Below are positions 46,525 through 57,099 of a DNA stretch of 64,000 bases, piece by piece. The position numbers and the translations under genes are program-made. The DNA lies in assembly GCA_946615975.1 (NCBI GenBank), contig CAMOID010000001.1:1898-65897 (forward strand). The letters run 5' to 3'. Source of the DNA: an uncultured Bacillales bacterium (GTDB lineage: Bacteria; Bacillota_I; Bacilli_A; RF39; UBA660). Positions within the stretch are counted from its first letter, which is position 1; each line of letters opens with the position of its first letter. The notes under the pieces were generated by a model. It saw only the letters and a program-made list of their open reading frames with translations. It had not been told where the DNA came from and did not search any database.

Positions 46525-48525
46525 TTAATCATTTTCCATCAATTGATGTAATATATTTTTATAATATTTATAGTTCATAAAATCATTTTCTATATTATCT
46601 TTAATAAACTCTTCTGTATCTTTTTTGCATTGAAGTAATATTTTATAATCAGTTTGTAAATTAGCAATCTTAAATACCATATCACCTGATTGTCTTATTC
46701 CAAATAAATCACCAGATCCTCTTAATTCAAAATCTTTTTCAGATATATAGAAACCATCGTTTGATTCTTCTAATACCTTAAGTCTTTCTGAATCTTTATC
46801 TGATAATAAGAAACATTTAGATTGTAGTGAATTTCTTCCTACTCTACCTCTTAATTGATGAAGAGTTGCTAATCCAAATCTTTCAGCATTAAAGATAGTT
46901 ATAACAGTGGCATTCTTAACATCTACTCCTACTTCTACAACTGTAGTAGATAATAATATATTTGAATTACCATCTTTAAAATTGTTCATTACTTTATCTT
47001 TATCAACATTTTTCATTTTACCATGCAATATATCTATTTTTGTTTCTTTTGGTAAATATTTTAATATTGTATCTTTTATTGCTTTAAGATCATTTAGTTC
47101 ATTTGTTTCTTCGTCATCTTTCTCTATTAAAGGAGCAATTACATATGCTTGATGACCTTCTTTTATTTCTTCTGCTATAGAAGACATTACTTCTTGAATT
47201 TCACTAAACTTATATTGTTTAGTAATAATTTCTTTTCTACCAGCAGGTTTTTGTTTAATCATTGATATATCCATATCACCATATATAGTTAATGCGTATG
47301 TTCTTGGAATAGGTGTTGCTGACATATATAATACATCTACAAATTGTCCTTTATTCTTTAATATATTTCTTTGATTAACTCCAAATCTATGTTGTTCATC
47401 TGTAATAACTAATCCAAGGTTATTAAATACAACCTTATCTTCTAATATAGCATGTGTACCAATTAAAACATCAATTGATCCTTCTTCTAATCTTCTATAT
47501 ATATCTTCTTTATCTTTTTTAGATACAGAACCAACAAGTAATTCTACATTTATATCTAAATCTTTAAACATTGATTTAAAGTTATTGTAATGTTGTTCTG
47601 CTAATACTTCAGTTGGTGCTAGTAATGCTGATTGATATCCACATTCATGATTTAATAAAATAGATAAGAATGATACGATAGTTTTACCTGAACCTACATC
47701 TCCTAATATAAGTCTATTCATTCTTTTAATACCTTTAAAATCATCTATTATATCTTGAAATGCTTTTCTTTGATCTTCAGTTAATTCAAATGGAACATAT
47801 GATAATACTTTATTAATAGTAGAATCATCTATATCTTTAACTACAAAATCATCGAATATTTGATTCTTAAATTTAATTAAATTTATTTTAAACATAAATT
47901 CAAATAATTCTTCATATTTAAGTTTAATATTTGCATCTTTTAATCTTTTTGAATCACTTGGATGATGTATTTCTTTTATAGCATCTATTGTATTCATTAA
48001 ATTATATTTAGACGAAATATTAGTTGGTACTATTTCATTTATATTTGAATTTTCTAAAGCTACATCTATAGATTTAATTAGAGTAGATTTTGATAAACCA
48101 GATACCATATGATATACAGGTTCTACTTCTGTTTTAAATATAGGTTTAAACTTAATATCAGCACATGTAAAAGTATTCTTTAATTTATCATATTTACCTA
48201 TTAATGAAATTGTTTTACCTATTGTTATTAATTTTTTATAAAAGTCTCGATTAAAGATAACTACTTTAATATTTATATTATTTGTTTCTAAAGTAAATGT
48301 TAATCTATTAAAACCCTTTCTAATATAAAATACATTTGCATTTGATGTAACAGTTCCCGTTACTACAATTGTATCTTCTGGATTAGCTTCTAATATATTT
48401 GATGGAGTATATATATTATATCTATATGGATAATATCTTACTAAATCATCTATAGAATATATATTTACTTTATTTAATAATTCTAATGTTTTTGGACCAA
48501 TTCCTTTTATGTTAATTAACTCCAT
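46525..48525 (-). CDS. recG: ATP-dependent DNA helicase RecG
   Basis: 666 aa. Helicase motif I 'GDVGSGKT', motif II 'DEQHRFG', and an N-terminal wedge domain. RBS AAAGGAG. Confidence 0.9.
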   Translation of the reverse strand: MELINIKGIGPKTLELLNKVNIYSIDDLVRYYPYRYNIYTPSNILEANPEDTIVVTGTVTSNANVFYIRKGFNRLTFTLETNNINIKVVIFNRDFYKKLITIGKTISLIGKYDKLKNTFTCADIKFKPIFKTEVEPVYHMVSGLSKSTLIKSIDVALENSNINEIVPTNISSKYNLMNTIDAIKEIHHPSDSKRLKDANIKLKYEELFEFMFKINLIKFKNQIFDDFVVKDIDDSTINKVLSYVPFELTEDQRKAFQDIIDDFKGIKRMNRLILGDVGSGKTIVSFLSILLNHECGYQSALLAPTEVLAEQHYNNFKSMFKDLDINVELLVGSVSKKDKEDIYRRLEEGSIDVLIGTHAILEDKVVFNNLGLVITDEQHRFGVNQRNILKNKGQFVDVLYMSATPIPRTYALTIYGDMDISMIKQKPAGRKEIITKQYKFSEIQEVMSSIAEEIKEGHQAYVIAPLIEKDDEETNELNDLKAIKDTILKYLPKETKIDILHGKMKNVDKDKVMNNFKDGNSNILLSTTVVEVGVDVKNATVITIFNAERFGLATLHQLRGRVGRNSLQSKCFLLSDKDSERLKVLEESNDGFYISEKDFELRGSGDLFGIRQSGDMVFKIANLQTDYKILLQCKKDTEEFIKDNIENDFMNYKYYKNILHQLMEND

Positions 48526-48691
48526 ATATATACTCCTTTCATATATAATATTATAACATTTATAGTATATAAAAATAGAGAAAAAATGCTTTATTTATAA
48601 CTATAAATTATATATAAATATTAGGTTATAACTTGTAGTTATAGCGTATATAAAAAATTGTAAAAAAACACGAAAAAACGTTATATTTTTG

Positions 48692-48720
48692 TTGACAAAT
48701 ATACCCTCTTCGATTAGTAT
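48692..48720 (+). promoter_or_regulatory. near-consensus sigma-A promoter TTGACA-N17-TAGTAT driving the small-RNA candidate
   Basis: TTGACA at 48692-48697, a 17-nt spacer, TAGTAT at 48715-48720, then an extended AT-rich discriminator. Confidence 0.5.
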
Positions 48721-48726
48721 ATATAT

Positions 48727-48830
48727 CACCAATTCACTTACAGGCGAATTGGTGCTAGTATCACACTAGCCAACCCCTTTTTATTCTTTGAAGCTGGTCT
48801 CAGGGGGCCGGCTTCTGTTTTTTTTATTTT
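48727..48830 (+). ncRNA. candidate small non-coding RNA (~100 nt), plus strand, between minus-strand genes; identity unknown
   Basis: The promoter above. Hairpin CACCAATTC...GAATTGGTG (48727-48754), hairpin CTAGT-ATCAC-ACTAG (48755-48769), and terminator GAAGCTGG-N10-CCGGCTTC followed by TGTTTTTTTTATTTT (48791-48830). No ORF and no downstream plus-strand gene. Confidence 0.4.
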
Positions 48831-48871
48831 ACATGAAATGAATATAAAAGAGAGACTTTATAGTCTCTCTT

Positions 48872-49069
48872 TTATATTGCTCCTTTAATATAATTTATAA
48901 AAAATAGAAATAAGTTTGCTGATCCAACTGTTAATGTGAATGTTAATAATAATACTAATATTCTAGTTTGCCATACAGCACCCTTATATATTATTTTACT
49001 AAAGTCTATACCACTTATTGCAAATACAGAAGATAGTAAACATATAGCATATACTATTAATTCTACCAT
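48872..49069 (-). CDS. small hydrophobic protein (65 aa, two TM), possibly cotranscribed with rpiB
   Basis: Overlaps the rpiB stop by 7 nt. Followed by terminator AAAGAGAGACTTTATAGTCTCTCTTTT at 48841-48871. Confidence 0.35.
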   Translation of the reverse strand: MVELIVYAICLLSSVFAISGIDFSKIIYKGAVWQTRILVLLLTFTLTVGSANLFLFFINYIKGAI

Positions 49070-49506
49070 TGTTCTTCCATCTCACTTATTTTAGCAATTC
49101 TTCTTACATGTCTTTCATCATGTGCAAAGTCTGTTGATACAAACTTATCAATCATTATTTTTAAGTCTTCTAATGGTGCTTTATATGATAAAGCAATTAT
49201 ATTAGCATTGTTATGTTGTCTTGCTAAGAATGCTTCTTCTTCAGAAGAAACTTTTGCACATCTAATTCCTTTTACTTTATTAGCTGCAATAGACATACCT
49301 ATTCCTGTTCCACACATAAGAATACCTAGGTCAGCTTCTCCAGCTGCTACTGATTCTGCAACTCTTTTAGCAAAATCTGGATAATCATCTACAGGATTAT
49401 TATCTTTAGACATATCTAGTACTTCTATACCTTTTTGACCTAAGAAAAATATTAAGTCTGATTTTTGTTCAACACCATTGTGATCTGTTGCTATAGCTAC
49501 CTTCAT
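49063..49506 (-). CDS. rpiB: ribose-5-phosphate isomerase B
   Basis: 'MKVAIATDHNG' and 'CGTGIGMSIAANK' (RpiB/LacAB family, with catalytic Cys). Confidence 0.9.
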   Translation of the reverse strand: MKVAIATDHNGVEQKSDLIFFLGQKGIEVLDMSKDNNPVDDYPDFAKRVAESVAAGEADLGILMCGTGIGMSIAANKVKGIRCAKVSSEEEAFLARQHNNANIIALSYKAPLEDLKIMIDKFVSTDFAHDERHVRRIAKISEMEEQW

Positions 49507-49507
49507 A

Positions 49508-50500
49508 TTATTTACCTTCTTTCATAGCTTTTTCGAATCTTGGTAGTAATCCGTATTTATCTTTTTTATGAACTGGTAGTTCATATAAATCATGTCCTGG
49601 GAAATCATTTCCTTCAATTAAACATGGTTTTGTTTCTCCTAAACATACATCCCATGCAATGTATCCAACTTCTGGTACTACATCACATGCATCAATACAT
49701 AACTTTTTAACTTTATCCCACATAGGTATTTTTATACCAACTATTTTTACTTTTGTTTCAGGATGTATTTCAAATACATTAGTTTCTTTATCTATTGCTG
49801 GATAATTAATCATACCTGTATCTACATCAATAGCTGTTACCATTCCTCCATGGTTAAAGTTATCTACAACATTACCATGATTACCTATTCTTAAATAAGC
49901 TGTTACTACTTTTTTATTTAATGTAACTATTCTTAATGTATTAACTGAATGTGGATATAATTCATTTAATATATGATGTTGTTCTGCAACATCTTCTACT
50001 AATGTTTGTCCTGATTCTATTAATTGATCATATAATTTATCTGTATCTTTAGGTACTTTAATTTTATCTACACCTTTACCACATGATAAATCTAATGGTT
50101 TTACTATTACTTCTTTTTTATCTTTTAAATACTTCTTAAAATCATCTTTAGAAGCATCTTTTAAATATATCCATTCCCTATTAAGATATTTATCAAACAG
50201 TTTATTAAATAATGCTTTATCTTCAAATATATTTATTTTAGATTTATCATTGAATTTTCTAACAATATCATTATTGATTCCACGAGTTATAATAGTTTTT
50301 CTTTCATCATCATTCATATCAAACATTCTAAATTGATAATAATCAACATATCCTGCTCCATATTTTTTAGCACATTTTGCCCAGTCTAAGAAAATACCTA
50401 TTCTATTTTTATGATTAATATCGTGTACCATATTTATTGTTTTAAACATGTTTCCATAATTCATAGAAACTAATCTTTTAAATATATAACTTAATTTCAT
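49508..50500 (-). CDS. ATP-grasp family protein (sugar-transfer-associated ATP-grasp type)
   Basis: Start moved to ATG 50500 (RBS AAGGGTGG). The C-terminal half contains the glycine-rich loop and the 'EGN' acidic motif of ATP-grasp ligases. Confidence 0.55.
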   Translation of the reverse strand: MKLSYIFKRLVSMNYGNMFKTINMVHDINHKNRIGIFLDWAKCAKKYGAGYVDYYQFRMFDMNDDERKTIITRGINNDIVRKFNDKSKINIFEDKALFNKLFDKYLNREWIYLKDASKDDFKKYLKDKKEVIVKPLDLSCGKGVDKIKVPKDTDKLYDQLIESGQTLVEDVAEQHHILNELYPHSVNTLRIVTLNKKVVTAYLRIGNHGNVVDNFNHGGMVTAIDVDTGMINYPAIDKETNVFEIHPETKVKIVGIKIPMWDKVKKLCIDACDVVPEVGYIAWDVCLGETKPCLIEGNDFPGHDLYELPVHKKDKYGLLPRFEKAMKEGK

Positions 50501-50601
50501 AGTTACCACCCTTATATGTATTATAACATTTAATATTAATTTATTATTATTTAATAACAAAAGTTTACAAATAAAAAAGTAAGAGTTTCCTCTTACTTAT
50601 A

Positions 50602-50802
50602 TTATTCAAGTCCGTATTTTTTATTAAATTTTTCAATAGAACCAGTTTTTTTCTTCTTTCCTTGAGCTCCAGTATAGAATGGATGACATTCAGAACAAAC
50701 TTCTAATTGTTGTTCTTCTTTGTTACTCATTGCTTTGAATGTAGCTCCACATGCACATTTAAAAGTGCATTCTACTTGTTCAGGATGTAAATTCTTTTTC
50801 AT
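50602..50802 (-). CDS. rpmE: 50S ribosomal protein L31 (zinc-ribbon type A)
   Basis: 'MKKNLHPE' N-terminus, paired 'CACG' and 'CSECHPFYTG' CxxC motifs. Promoter TTGATT-N17-TATACT upstream. Confidence 0.9.
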   Translation of the reverse strand: MKKNLHPEQVECTFKCACGATFKAMSNKEEQQLEVCSECHPFYTGAQGKKKKTGSIEKFNKKYGLE

Positions 50803-50896
50803 TTAATTTTCTCCTTTCGCCAAGACACATTCATGCCTTAGAAATAATTACTTGATTAGTATAACGAAAATACTGCTAAAAATCAAGCAAAATATA

Positions 50897-52150
50897 TTAA
50901 TTATCTGTAAATTGAATTGATGCACCTACACCATTTAATTTATCTACAATTCTTTCATATCCTCTTAATAAATGTTCAATGTTTGAAATAGATGTTGTTC
51001 TATCTGCTATTAAACCAGCAACTAACATTGATGCTCCTGCTCTTAAATCAGTTGCTTTTACTCTTGTACCATGTAATTTAGTTGGTCCAGTTATAACTGC
51101 TTTTTTATCAAATGTATTTATATGAGCACCCATTGATACTAAATGAGGGATATGTCTTAATCTATTTTCATATATTGTTTCTTCAAATATAGATTCACCT
51201 TCACATTGAGTTAAGAAGGTACTCATTGGTTGTCCTAAATCTGTTGGAAAACCAGGATATACTGTAGTTTTAACATTTATATGTTTTAATTTCTTAGATT
51301 TATTTAATATAACAGAATCTCCTATAATTTTATAGTTAGCTCCTGCTTCTTTTAATTTATATAAAAGTGATTTAATATGTTCTTCTACAATTCCTGATAC
51401 TTTTAAATTTTTACCAAGAAGTGCACCTATGATTATATAAGTACCTGCTTCTATTCTATCAGGAATGACTGTTACTTCTCCATCACCTAATTTATCTACA
51501 CCAGTTATTTCAATAGTACCAGTTCCTGCTCCTTTAATTTTAGCACCCATGCTAATTAAGAAATCAGCAACATTAACTATTTCAGGTTCTCTAGCCGCAT
51601 TTAATATTCTTGTTGTACCTTTTGCTAAAACACCTGTAATCATACAATTGATTGTTGCTCCTACTGATGGAACATCAAAGAATATTTCTGCACCTTCTAG
51701 TTTTTTAGTTTTCATATTATAGTAACCATTTTCTTCTTTAATAGTTACACCCATTTTTTCAAATGAATTTAAAGTAAAGTCTATTGGTCTAGAACCAATT
51801 ATACATCCACCTGGATATGATATTTCAGCTTTATTATATTTACCTAGTAATGAAGCCATAAAATAATATGACGCTCTTAACTTATTTGTATATTCTTCTG
51901 CTATTAATGTATTTTTAACATTACTATTATCGATTTCCATAATTTCATCATGAAAATTAATTTTGGAACCTAATTCTTCCATAATTTCTATAAGTGCATG
52001 TACATCTGATATATTTGGTACATTTTTTATAACACATTTACCTGATGTTAATATTGATGCAGGTATAAGCGCTACTATAGAATTTTTAGCTCCACCTATA
52101 TGTATTTCACCTGAAAGTTCTCTTCCACCTTCAATAATTAGTTTTTTCAT
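50897..52150 (-). CDS. murA: UDP-N-acetylglucosamine 1-carboxyvinyltransferase
   Basis: 'MKKLIIEGGRELSGEIHIGGAKNS' N-terminus. 417 aa, with the MurA/EPSP-synthase fold signature throughout. Confidence 0.95.
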   Translation of the reverse strand: MKKLIIEGGRELSGEIHIGGAKNSIVALIPASILTSGKCVIKNVPNISDVHALIEIMEELGSKINFHDEIMEIDNSNVKNTLIAEEYTNKLRASYYFMASLLGKYNKAEISYPGGCIIGSRPIDFTLNSFEKMGVTIKEENGYYNMKTKKLEGAEIFFDVPSVGATINCMITGVLAKGTTRILNAAREPEIVNVADFLISMGAKIKGAGTGTIEITGVDKLGDGEVTVIPDRIEAGTYIIIGALLGKNLKVSGIVEEHIKSLLYKLKEAGANYKIIGDSVILNKSKKLKHINVKTTVYPGFPTDLGQPMSTFLTQCEGESIFEETIYENRLRHIPHLVSMGAHINTFDKKAVITGPTKLHGTRVKATDLRAGASMLVAGLIADRTTSISNIEHLLRGYERIVDKLNGVGASIQFTDN

Positions 52151-52210
52151 ATATTCACCTTCATACTTATATTATATCAAATATATAAAAAAATAAGGTA
52201 ATTTCTTACC

Positions 52211-52921
52211 TTATTTAGTAAAGTCATTGATAATATCAATAACTTCTTTTGTATGAGTATTAGCTATATCATGGCTTCCACCTTTTATAATAGCTATTCT
52301 ATTTTTAAAATCTTTACTAACAGTATTTAATACTTTATTTGGATCTACCATATCATCTTCACTTCCATATATTAATTGGAAATCCTTAGGATTAAATTGT
52401 TCTAATTCATCTAACATTTTAATTCTAACTATATTTTGATAAGTATTTCTTAAGAATTTTGTACCATATACCATTTCTTTTACTTTAACTTTTTTGATTA
52501 AATAAATATCTCTTATCCATTTTCTAATAGGATCTAAGAATTTTGGAGTTTTAACAAACTTCTTAGAATTATTTTCGTTTCTTATTAATGCAGGAGAACA
52601 TAAAATTTCTTTTATATTTTCATTGAAAATCTTTTTGTATCTTACTGCTACTGCACCACCAAATGAATAACCTAATATATAATCTACTTTGATATTATTT
52701 TCTTCTATATATTCATTTATGTAATTAGCAAAGTCATCTAAATTCCATTCTTTTACATTTGGTTCTTTTGTTTTTCCAAATCCTGGTAGAGATGGATAAT
52801 AAACTTTATAATATTTTTCTAATTCTTTTATAAACTTCATTCTATTATTCCATGCTTCATCTGTTGTTCTACCATAATAATTGTCATAATCCCAACCATG
52901 TATAAGTAAAATACTTTTCAT
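52211..52921 (-). CDS. alpha/beta-fold hydrolase
   Basis: 'ILGYSFGGAVAV' nucleophile elbow. 236 aa. Stop is 4 nt from the upstream gene. Confidence 0.7.
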   Translation of the reverse strand: MKSILLIHGWDYDNYYGRTTDEAWNNRMKFIKELEKYYKVYYPSLPGFGKTKEPNVKEWNLDDFANYINEYIEENNIKVDYILGYSFGGAVAVRYKKIFNENIKEILCSPALIRNENNSKKFVKTPKFLDPIRKWIRDIYLIKKVKVKEMVYGTKFLRNTYQNIVRIKMLDELEQFNPKDFQLIYGSEDDMVDPNKVLNTVSKDFKNRIAIIKGGSHDIANTHTKEVIDIINDFTK

Positions 52922-52924
52922 ATA

Positions 52925-54259
52925 TTACCTCTTTTCTAGATTATTCTTGCTAAAGTTATGATATTTTCTATAATAGCTTCCATAATGAACAAATATCATC
53001 ATATCATTTTCTATTTTATTTACAAATGATAAATTATCAAATAATTCTATATCATAGTTTTTAAAATATTTTTCTAATCCTCTTCTTACATATATTTTAT
53101 TAAAATTAGGGAATACTTTTACTAATTTTTCATATGGTTCATCTTCTTCACCATTTTCAGTTAAATTACATATTATTAAACATGATTTTTTATAGAAATG
53201 GTTAGATAGATTATCTAATCTAGCAACACCTGATACATCTCCATCAAATATTATTTGATGTCCAAGTAATGTTTCTTTCTTGATTCTTTTTTCTACAGGT
53301 ATAGCTCTATTTAATCTATTCATTATTACTTTTTTAGATAAATTATAGAATTCACCAACCATATATGCTATTGTTTCTTCTAATACAGTTAAATTAGTAT
53401 TTATATATGGTTTTATTTCTTTATTTAATTCGTTTAAAACTATTAAGTTATTAACATCAGTTTTAACCACTTTTTCTTTATTGTAATAAACATATTTATC
53501 TTTGATAGATAATTTAGCTATTTCTTTATCTAATCCATTTATAATTGCATTTTTAGAATATTGTAATAGAAGTGATTTAAACTTAGTAATATCAGATATT
53601 GTTTTAATATCTCCTACTCCTATATGTTCTTCAAATACATCTAATAAGATAGATAAATCTGGTTTAAGTGTTTTACTAAAGTAAGTAATATGTTCTTTAT
53701 ACCATAGAGAAGCTTCTAAAGCTAAATAATCATATTCATTAGTTAAATAATTAATACAGAAACATTTTAATACTAATGGTGTTATTCTTTTACTATATAT
53801 TCTTAAACATTTATTTCCTAATACTTGTTTAATAAAACCTACTGTTGTTGTTTTACCAACAGATCCTGTTACACATATTACTTTACCTTTGTATTGTGCT
53901 AATACATATTTAAATAAGTCTTCAATAGAATCCATGATATTGTTAACAACAATATAAGATACTTTGTTATTTAATTGTTTAACCATATCTGGTTCAATTA
54001 CATATGTATATTCAGGATTATTATTAGCTATATTAACAATATATTGTTTTAAATCTAATTCTTTTGTATACCATCCTGTTTTTAAATCTTTACTAGCAAT
54101 AGTAATTGGAAAGTATAATACATGTTCTTTTGTTTTTATTACTTTATCATCGTTATATTTAACAATTCTAAAATAATCAAATTCAGTATTGGGTTTTACA
54201 TTATTTAAAGATAGAATTGGAGTAATGTTGCCTAATTCTTCTAGTGTGATTTTATTCAA
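52925..54259 (-). CDS. Mur-ligase-family protein (MurF-like; divergent)
   Basis: P-loop 'ICVTGSVGKTTT' at about residue 130, then 'LALEASLW' and 'LDVFEEHIG' in the positions of the Mur-ligase central-domain motifs. 444 aa. Separated from prmC by a terminator. Confidence 0.55.
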   Translation of the reverse strand: MNKITLEELGNITPILSLNNVKPNTEFDYFRIVKYNDDKVIKTKEHVLYFPITIASKDLKTGWYTKELDLKQYIVNIANNNPEYTYVIEPDMVKQLNNKVSYIVVNNIMDSIEDLFKYVLAQYKGKVICVTGSVGKTTTVGFIKQVLGNKCLRIYSKRITPLVLKCFCINYLTNEYDYLALEASLWYKEHITYFSKTLKPDLSILLDVFEEHIGVGDIKTISDITKFKSLLLQYSKNAIINGLDKEIAKLSIKDKYVYYNKEKVVKTDVNNLIVLNELNKEIKPYINTNLTVLEETIAYMVGEFYNLSKKVIMNRLNRAIPVEKRIKKETLLGHQIIFDGDVSGVARLDNLSNHFYKKSCLIICNLTENGEEDEPYEKLVKVFPNFNKIYVRRGLEKYFKNYDIELFDNLSFVNKIENDMMIFVHYGSYYRKYHNFSKNNLEKR

Positions 54260-54344
54260 TTTTCATCTACTCCTTCAAACATATTTATTATACCATATTT
54301 ATGATATTTATTGATAAAAAATAATCATTAGGCGGTCCTAATGA

Positions 54345-55085
54345 TTATTTATTTATTATAAACAAATATCTATCTCTTTCTGATAGGTCTTTTTTTACTA
54401 TTATTTTTGCATTTGGATAAATATCCTTAGCATATTTCTTTAAATACTTACCTTGATTACATCCTATTTCAAATGCAAATATATTTTTTTCTGTAGTCCA
54501 TTTCTTACCTTGTTTGATAATATATTCATAGTATTTAAAGCCATCATTTTTAGCAAATATTGCATTTTTTGGTTCATATTTAATTTCTGGTCCAACTGGT
54601 TCATCTTTTGAAACATATGGTGGATTAGAAATTATTAATGAATATTTATTTATAGGTTTATAATGAAATACATTTTTATGTATAAAATTTATTTTAACAT
54701 TATAATTAGAAGCATTAGATTTTGCTAACTTAATTGCTTTTTTATTAATATCTATTGATGTTATTTCTAGATTAGGTAATTCTTTTTTTAAAACAACTGG
54801 AATACATCCTGTTCCTGTTCCTATATCTAGAACTGATATATCATCCATTTTTTCTTCTTTTAATAGATTTAAAGTTTCTTCTACAAGACCTTCTGTTTCA
54901 AATCTAGGTATTAATACACCTTTTTTAACAAATATTTCATATCCCATAAAATCAACATTACCTATTAAATATTGAACTGGATAATTTTTTTCTATTAATT
55001 TAACTACTTTTTCTAACTTTTTTTCTTTATATTTTTCTTTTAGTAGTTTCCAATCAAGATCTGTTACATTAGATGGCTTGTTCAT
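54345..55085 (-). CDS. prmC: release-factor glutamine N5-methyltransferase PrmC (HemK)
   Basis: '[11 protein letters not shown]' SAM-binding motif and 'IISNPPYVS' NPPY motif. Overlaps prfA by 17 nt. Confidence 0.85.
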   Translation of the reverse strand: MNKPSNVTDLDWKLLKEKYKEKKLEKVVKLIEKNYPVQYLIGNVDFMGYEIFVKKGVLIPRFETEGLVEETLNLLKEEKMDDISVLDIGTGTGCIPVVLKKELPNLEITSIDINKKAIKLAKSNASNYNVKINFIHKNVFHYKPINKYSLIISNPPYVSKDEPVGPEIKYEPKNAIFAKNDGFKYYEYIIKQGKKWTTEKNIFAFEIGCNQGKYLKKYAKDIYPNAKIIVKKDLSERDRYLFIINK

Positions 55086-56133
55086 CTGCTAACTTTCTTC
55101 TTTGATCTTCTGTAATTAATGCTTCTATAATAGCATCTAAATCACCATTCATAACTCTATCTAATTGCATTACTGAGAATCCAATTCTATGATCAGTTAC
55201 TCTATTTTGAGGATAGTTATATGTTCTTATCTTTTCTGATCTATCTCCAGTACCGATTTTACTTCTTCTTTCGGCACCTTCTTTTTCTTCTTTTTCTCTA
55301 AGTTTTAAATCATATAATCTAGTTTTCATGATTTGGAATGCTTTTTCTTTATTTCTTAATTGTGATCTTTCAGTTTGTTGATAAACAATTATACCTGTTG
55401 GTATATGTGTTAATCTTACTGCTGAGTCTGTAGTATTAACACCTTGTCCACCGTTACCTGATGCTCTAGTAATATCTATTCTAATTTCATCCATTGGTAA
55501 TTCAAAATCAATGTCTTCAGCTTCTGGCATTACTGCTACTGTTGCTGTAGATGTTTGAATTCTACCGTTTGATTCAGTAACTGGTACTCTTTGTACTCTA
55601 TGTGCACCAGATTCGTATTTTAATTTAGAATAAACATTATCACCTTTAACATAGAATTCTATTTGAGAATATCCTCCTGCTGTTCCAGGTTCTTCATTTA
55701 TTACTTCAATTTTCCAGCCTTGTTTCATAGCATATTGAGAATACATTCTGAATAAGTCTCCAGCAAATATATTTGCTTCATCTCCTCCAGCAGCTCCTCT
55801 TATTTCCATGATGATATCTTTTCCATCATTTTCATCTTTAGGAATTAATAATATTTCTAATTTCTTATTTAATTCTTCTAAATGAGCTTGAGCTGATTCA
55901 AGTTCTCCTTTAGCCATTTCACCCATTTCTGGATCTTTAACCATTTCTTTTAATTCTTCAATGTCTTCAGTAGTTTTCTTATAATCTCTGAATGTTGTAA
56001 CAGTTTCTTCAATAGATGCTTTTTCTTTATTTAACTTCATCATATTGTTGTAATCTGATAATGTTTCAGGTTTATTTAATTCTTCTACTATTTCATTGTA
56101 TCTTTTTTCTATTATTTCTAATCTTTCTATCAT
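55069..56133 (-). CDS. prfA: peptide chain release factor 1
   Basis: '[24 protein letters not shown]' GGQ motif and the RF1-type PxT-containing region. 354 aa. Confidence 0.95.
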   Translation of the reverse strand: MIERLEIIEKRYNEIVEELNKPETLSDYNNMMKLNKEKASIEETVTTFRDYKKTTEDIEELKEMVKDPEMGEMAKGELESAQAHLEELNKKLEILLIPKDENDGKDIIMEIRGAAGGDEANIFAGDLFRMYSQYAMKQGWKIEVINEEPGTAGGYSQIEFYVKGDNVYSKLKYESGAHRVQRVPVTESNGRIQTSTATVAVMPEAEDIDFELPMDEIRIDITRASGNGGQGVNTTDSAVRLTHIPTGIIVYQQTERSQLRNKEKAFQIMKTRLYDLKLREKEEKEGAERRSKIGTGDRSEKIRTYNYPQNRVTDHRIGFSVMQLDRVMNGDLDAIIEALITEDQRRKLADEQAI

Positions 56134-56180
56134 AATTTGCCTCCATCTATTTGTTTTAATATAAAACTCTTAGATATTAG

Positions 56181-56636
56181 CTATATTTCTTGATTTGAAC
56201 CATTTTCATCTGAGTCATCAATTATAACTAAATCTTTAAAATCATCTTCCTCAGGATCATCATCTAAATCGTCATCATCATAGTTGATTTCAGAATCATC
56301 TTCATCATCTATTGTTTCATCTTCATTTTCTTCAACTTCTAATTCTTCTTCATCTTCATCATCATCTGAAGCAACGATTACTTTATGTTTTTGATTTACT
56401 TTTAAATCCCAATATCCTTTTTCAACCATAGTGAATCTCATATCTGTTGATAATAATTGAAAGAAATCTGCAATATGATTTTCAAAATCACTTTCTGGTA
56501 AATTCATTAATCTTATAACTTCTTTGAATAAATCTTGGATTTTTTGTTTTTTTCCTTTTTGTTCTAATACGAAAGCAGCTACATCTCCATAAGACATAGT
56601 TTCTAGTTGTTCACTAGTTAAGCTTAATTTTGCCAT
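56181..56636 (-). CDS. rpoE: DNA-directed RNA polymerase delta subunit
   Basis: HARE-HTH N-domain 'MAKLSLTSEQLETMSYGDVAAFVLEQ' followed by a long D/E-rich tail. Start moved to ATG 56636 (RBS GGAGGA). Confidence 0.8.
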   Translation of the reverse strand: MAKLSLTSEQLETMSYGDVAAFVLEQKGKKQKIQDLFKEVIRLMNLPESDFENHIADFFQLLSTDMRFTMVEKGYWDLKVNQKHKVIVASDDDEDEEELEVEENEDETIDDEDDSEINYDDDDLDDDPEEDDFKDLVIIDDSDENGSNQEI

Positions 56637-56715
56637 ATAATCTTCCTCCAATTTAATATATACTAAAAACAACAATAATTTTAGCATATAATCGTGTATT
56701 GTCAATTATTTTTGA

Positions 56716-57048
56716 TTAATAATTTATTATTATTTTATTATTAGTTATTTCTTCACTTTCATATGTATATTCTATTTCAATACTTTTATCTTCTTTTTTT
56801 ACATTATGATTAATAATATTCATTTCAAATGTATACCCATTTAAAGCTATTAGAACGACTTTTTTATCTAAGTTAATATCTATAGTATATTCATGATTTG
56901 TTTTAACTAAATTATTAGTATTTAAGTCAAATTTATATGTATCTTTATCTATTTTAAAAGTCATTACATTATCTTTAATAAAATAGTTAACTTTTTCATC
57001 TATTTCTAATTTGTTATTTGAATATAATTTAAATGTAAGTGTTTTCAT
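56716..57048 (-). CDS. small beta-rich hypothetical protein (110 aa)
   Basis: ORF between parB and rpoE. No TM and no motif recognised. Confidence 0.5.
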   Translation of the reverse strand: MKTLTFKLYSNNKLEIDEKVNYFIKDNVMTFKIDKDTYKFDLNTNNLVKTNHEYTIDINLDKKVVLIALNGYTFEMNIINHNVKKEDKSIEIEYTYESEEITNNKIIINY

Positions 57049-57099
57049 ATAACTAATTCCTTTCTGGGGGTATTATAGCATATTTAATAAAAAAAGATA

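Noticed and set aside
48727-48830. Identification of the small-RNA candidate as SRP (4.5S/scRNA), 6S, tmRNA or RNase P RNA
   Set aside because: It lacks the helix-8 GGAA/AGG motifs of SRP RNA. It is far too short for 6S (~190 nt), tmRNA (~350 nt) or RNase P RNA (~350-400 nt). No tRNA-like acceptor and T-arm is present.
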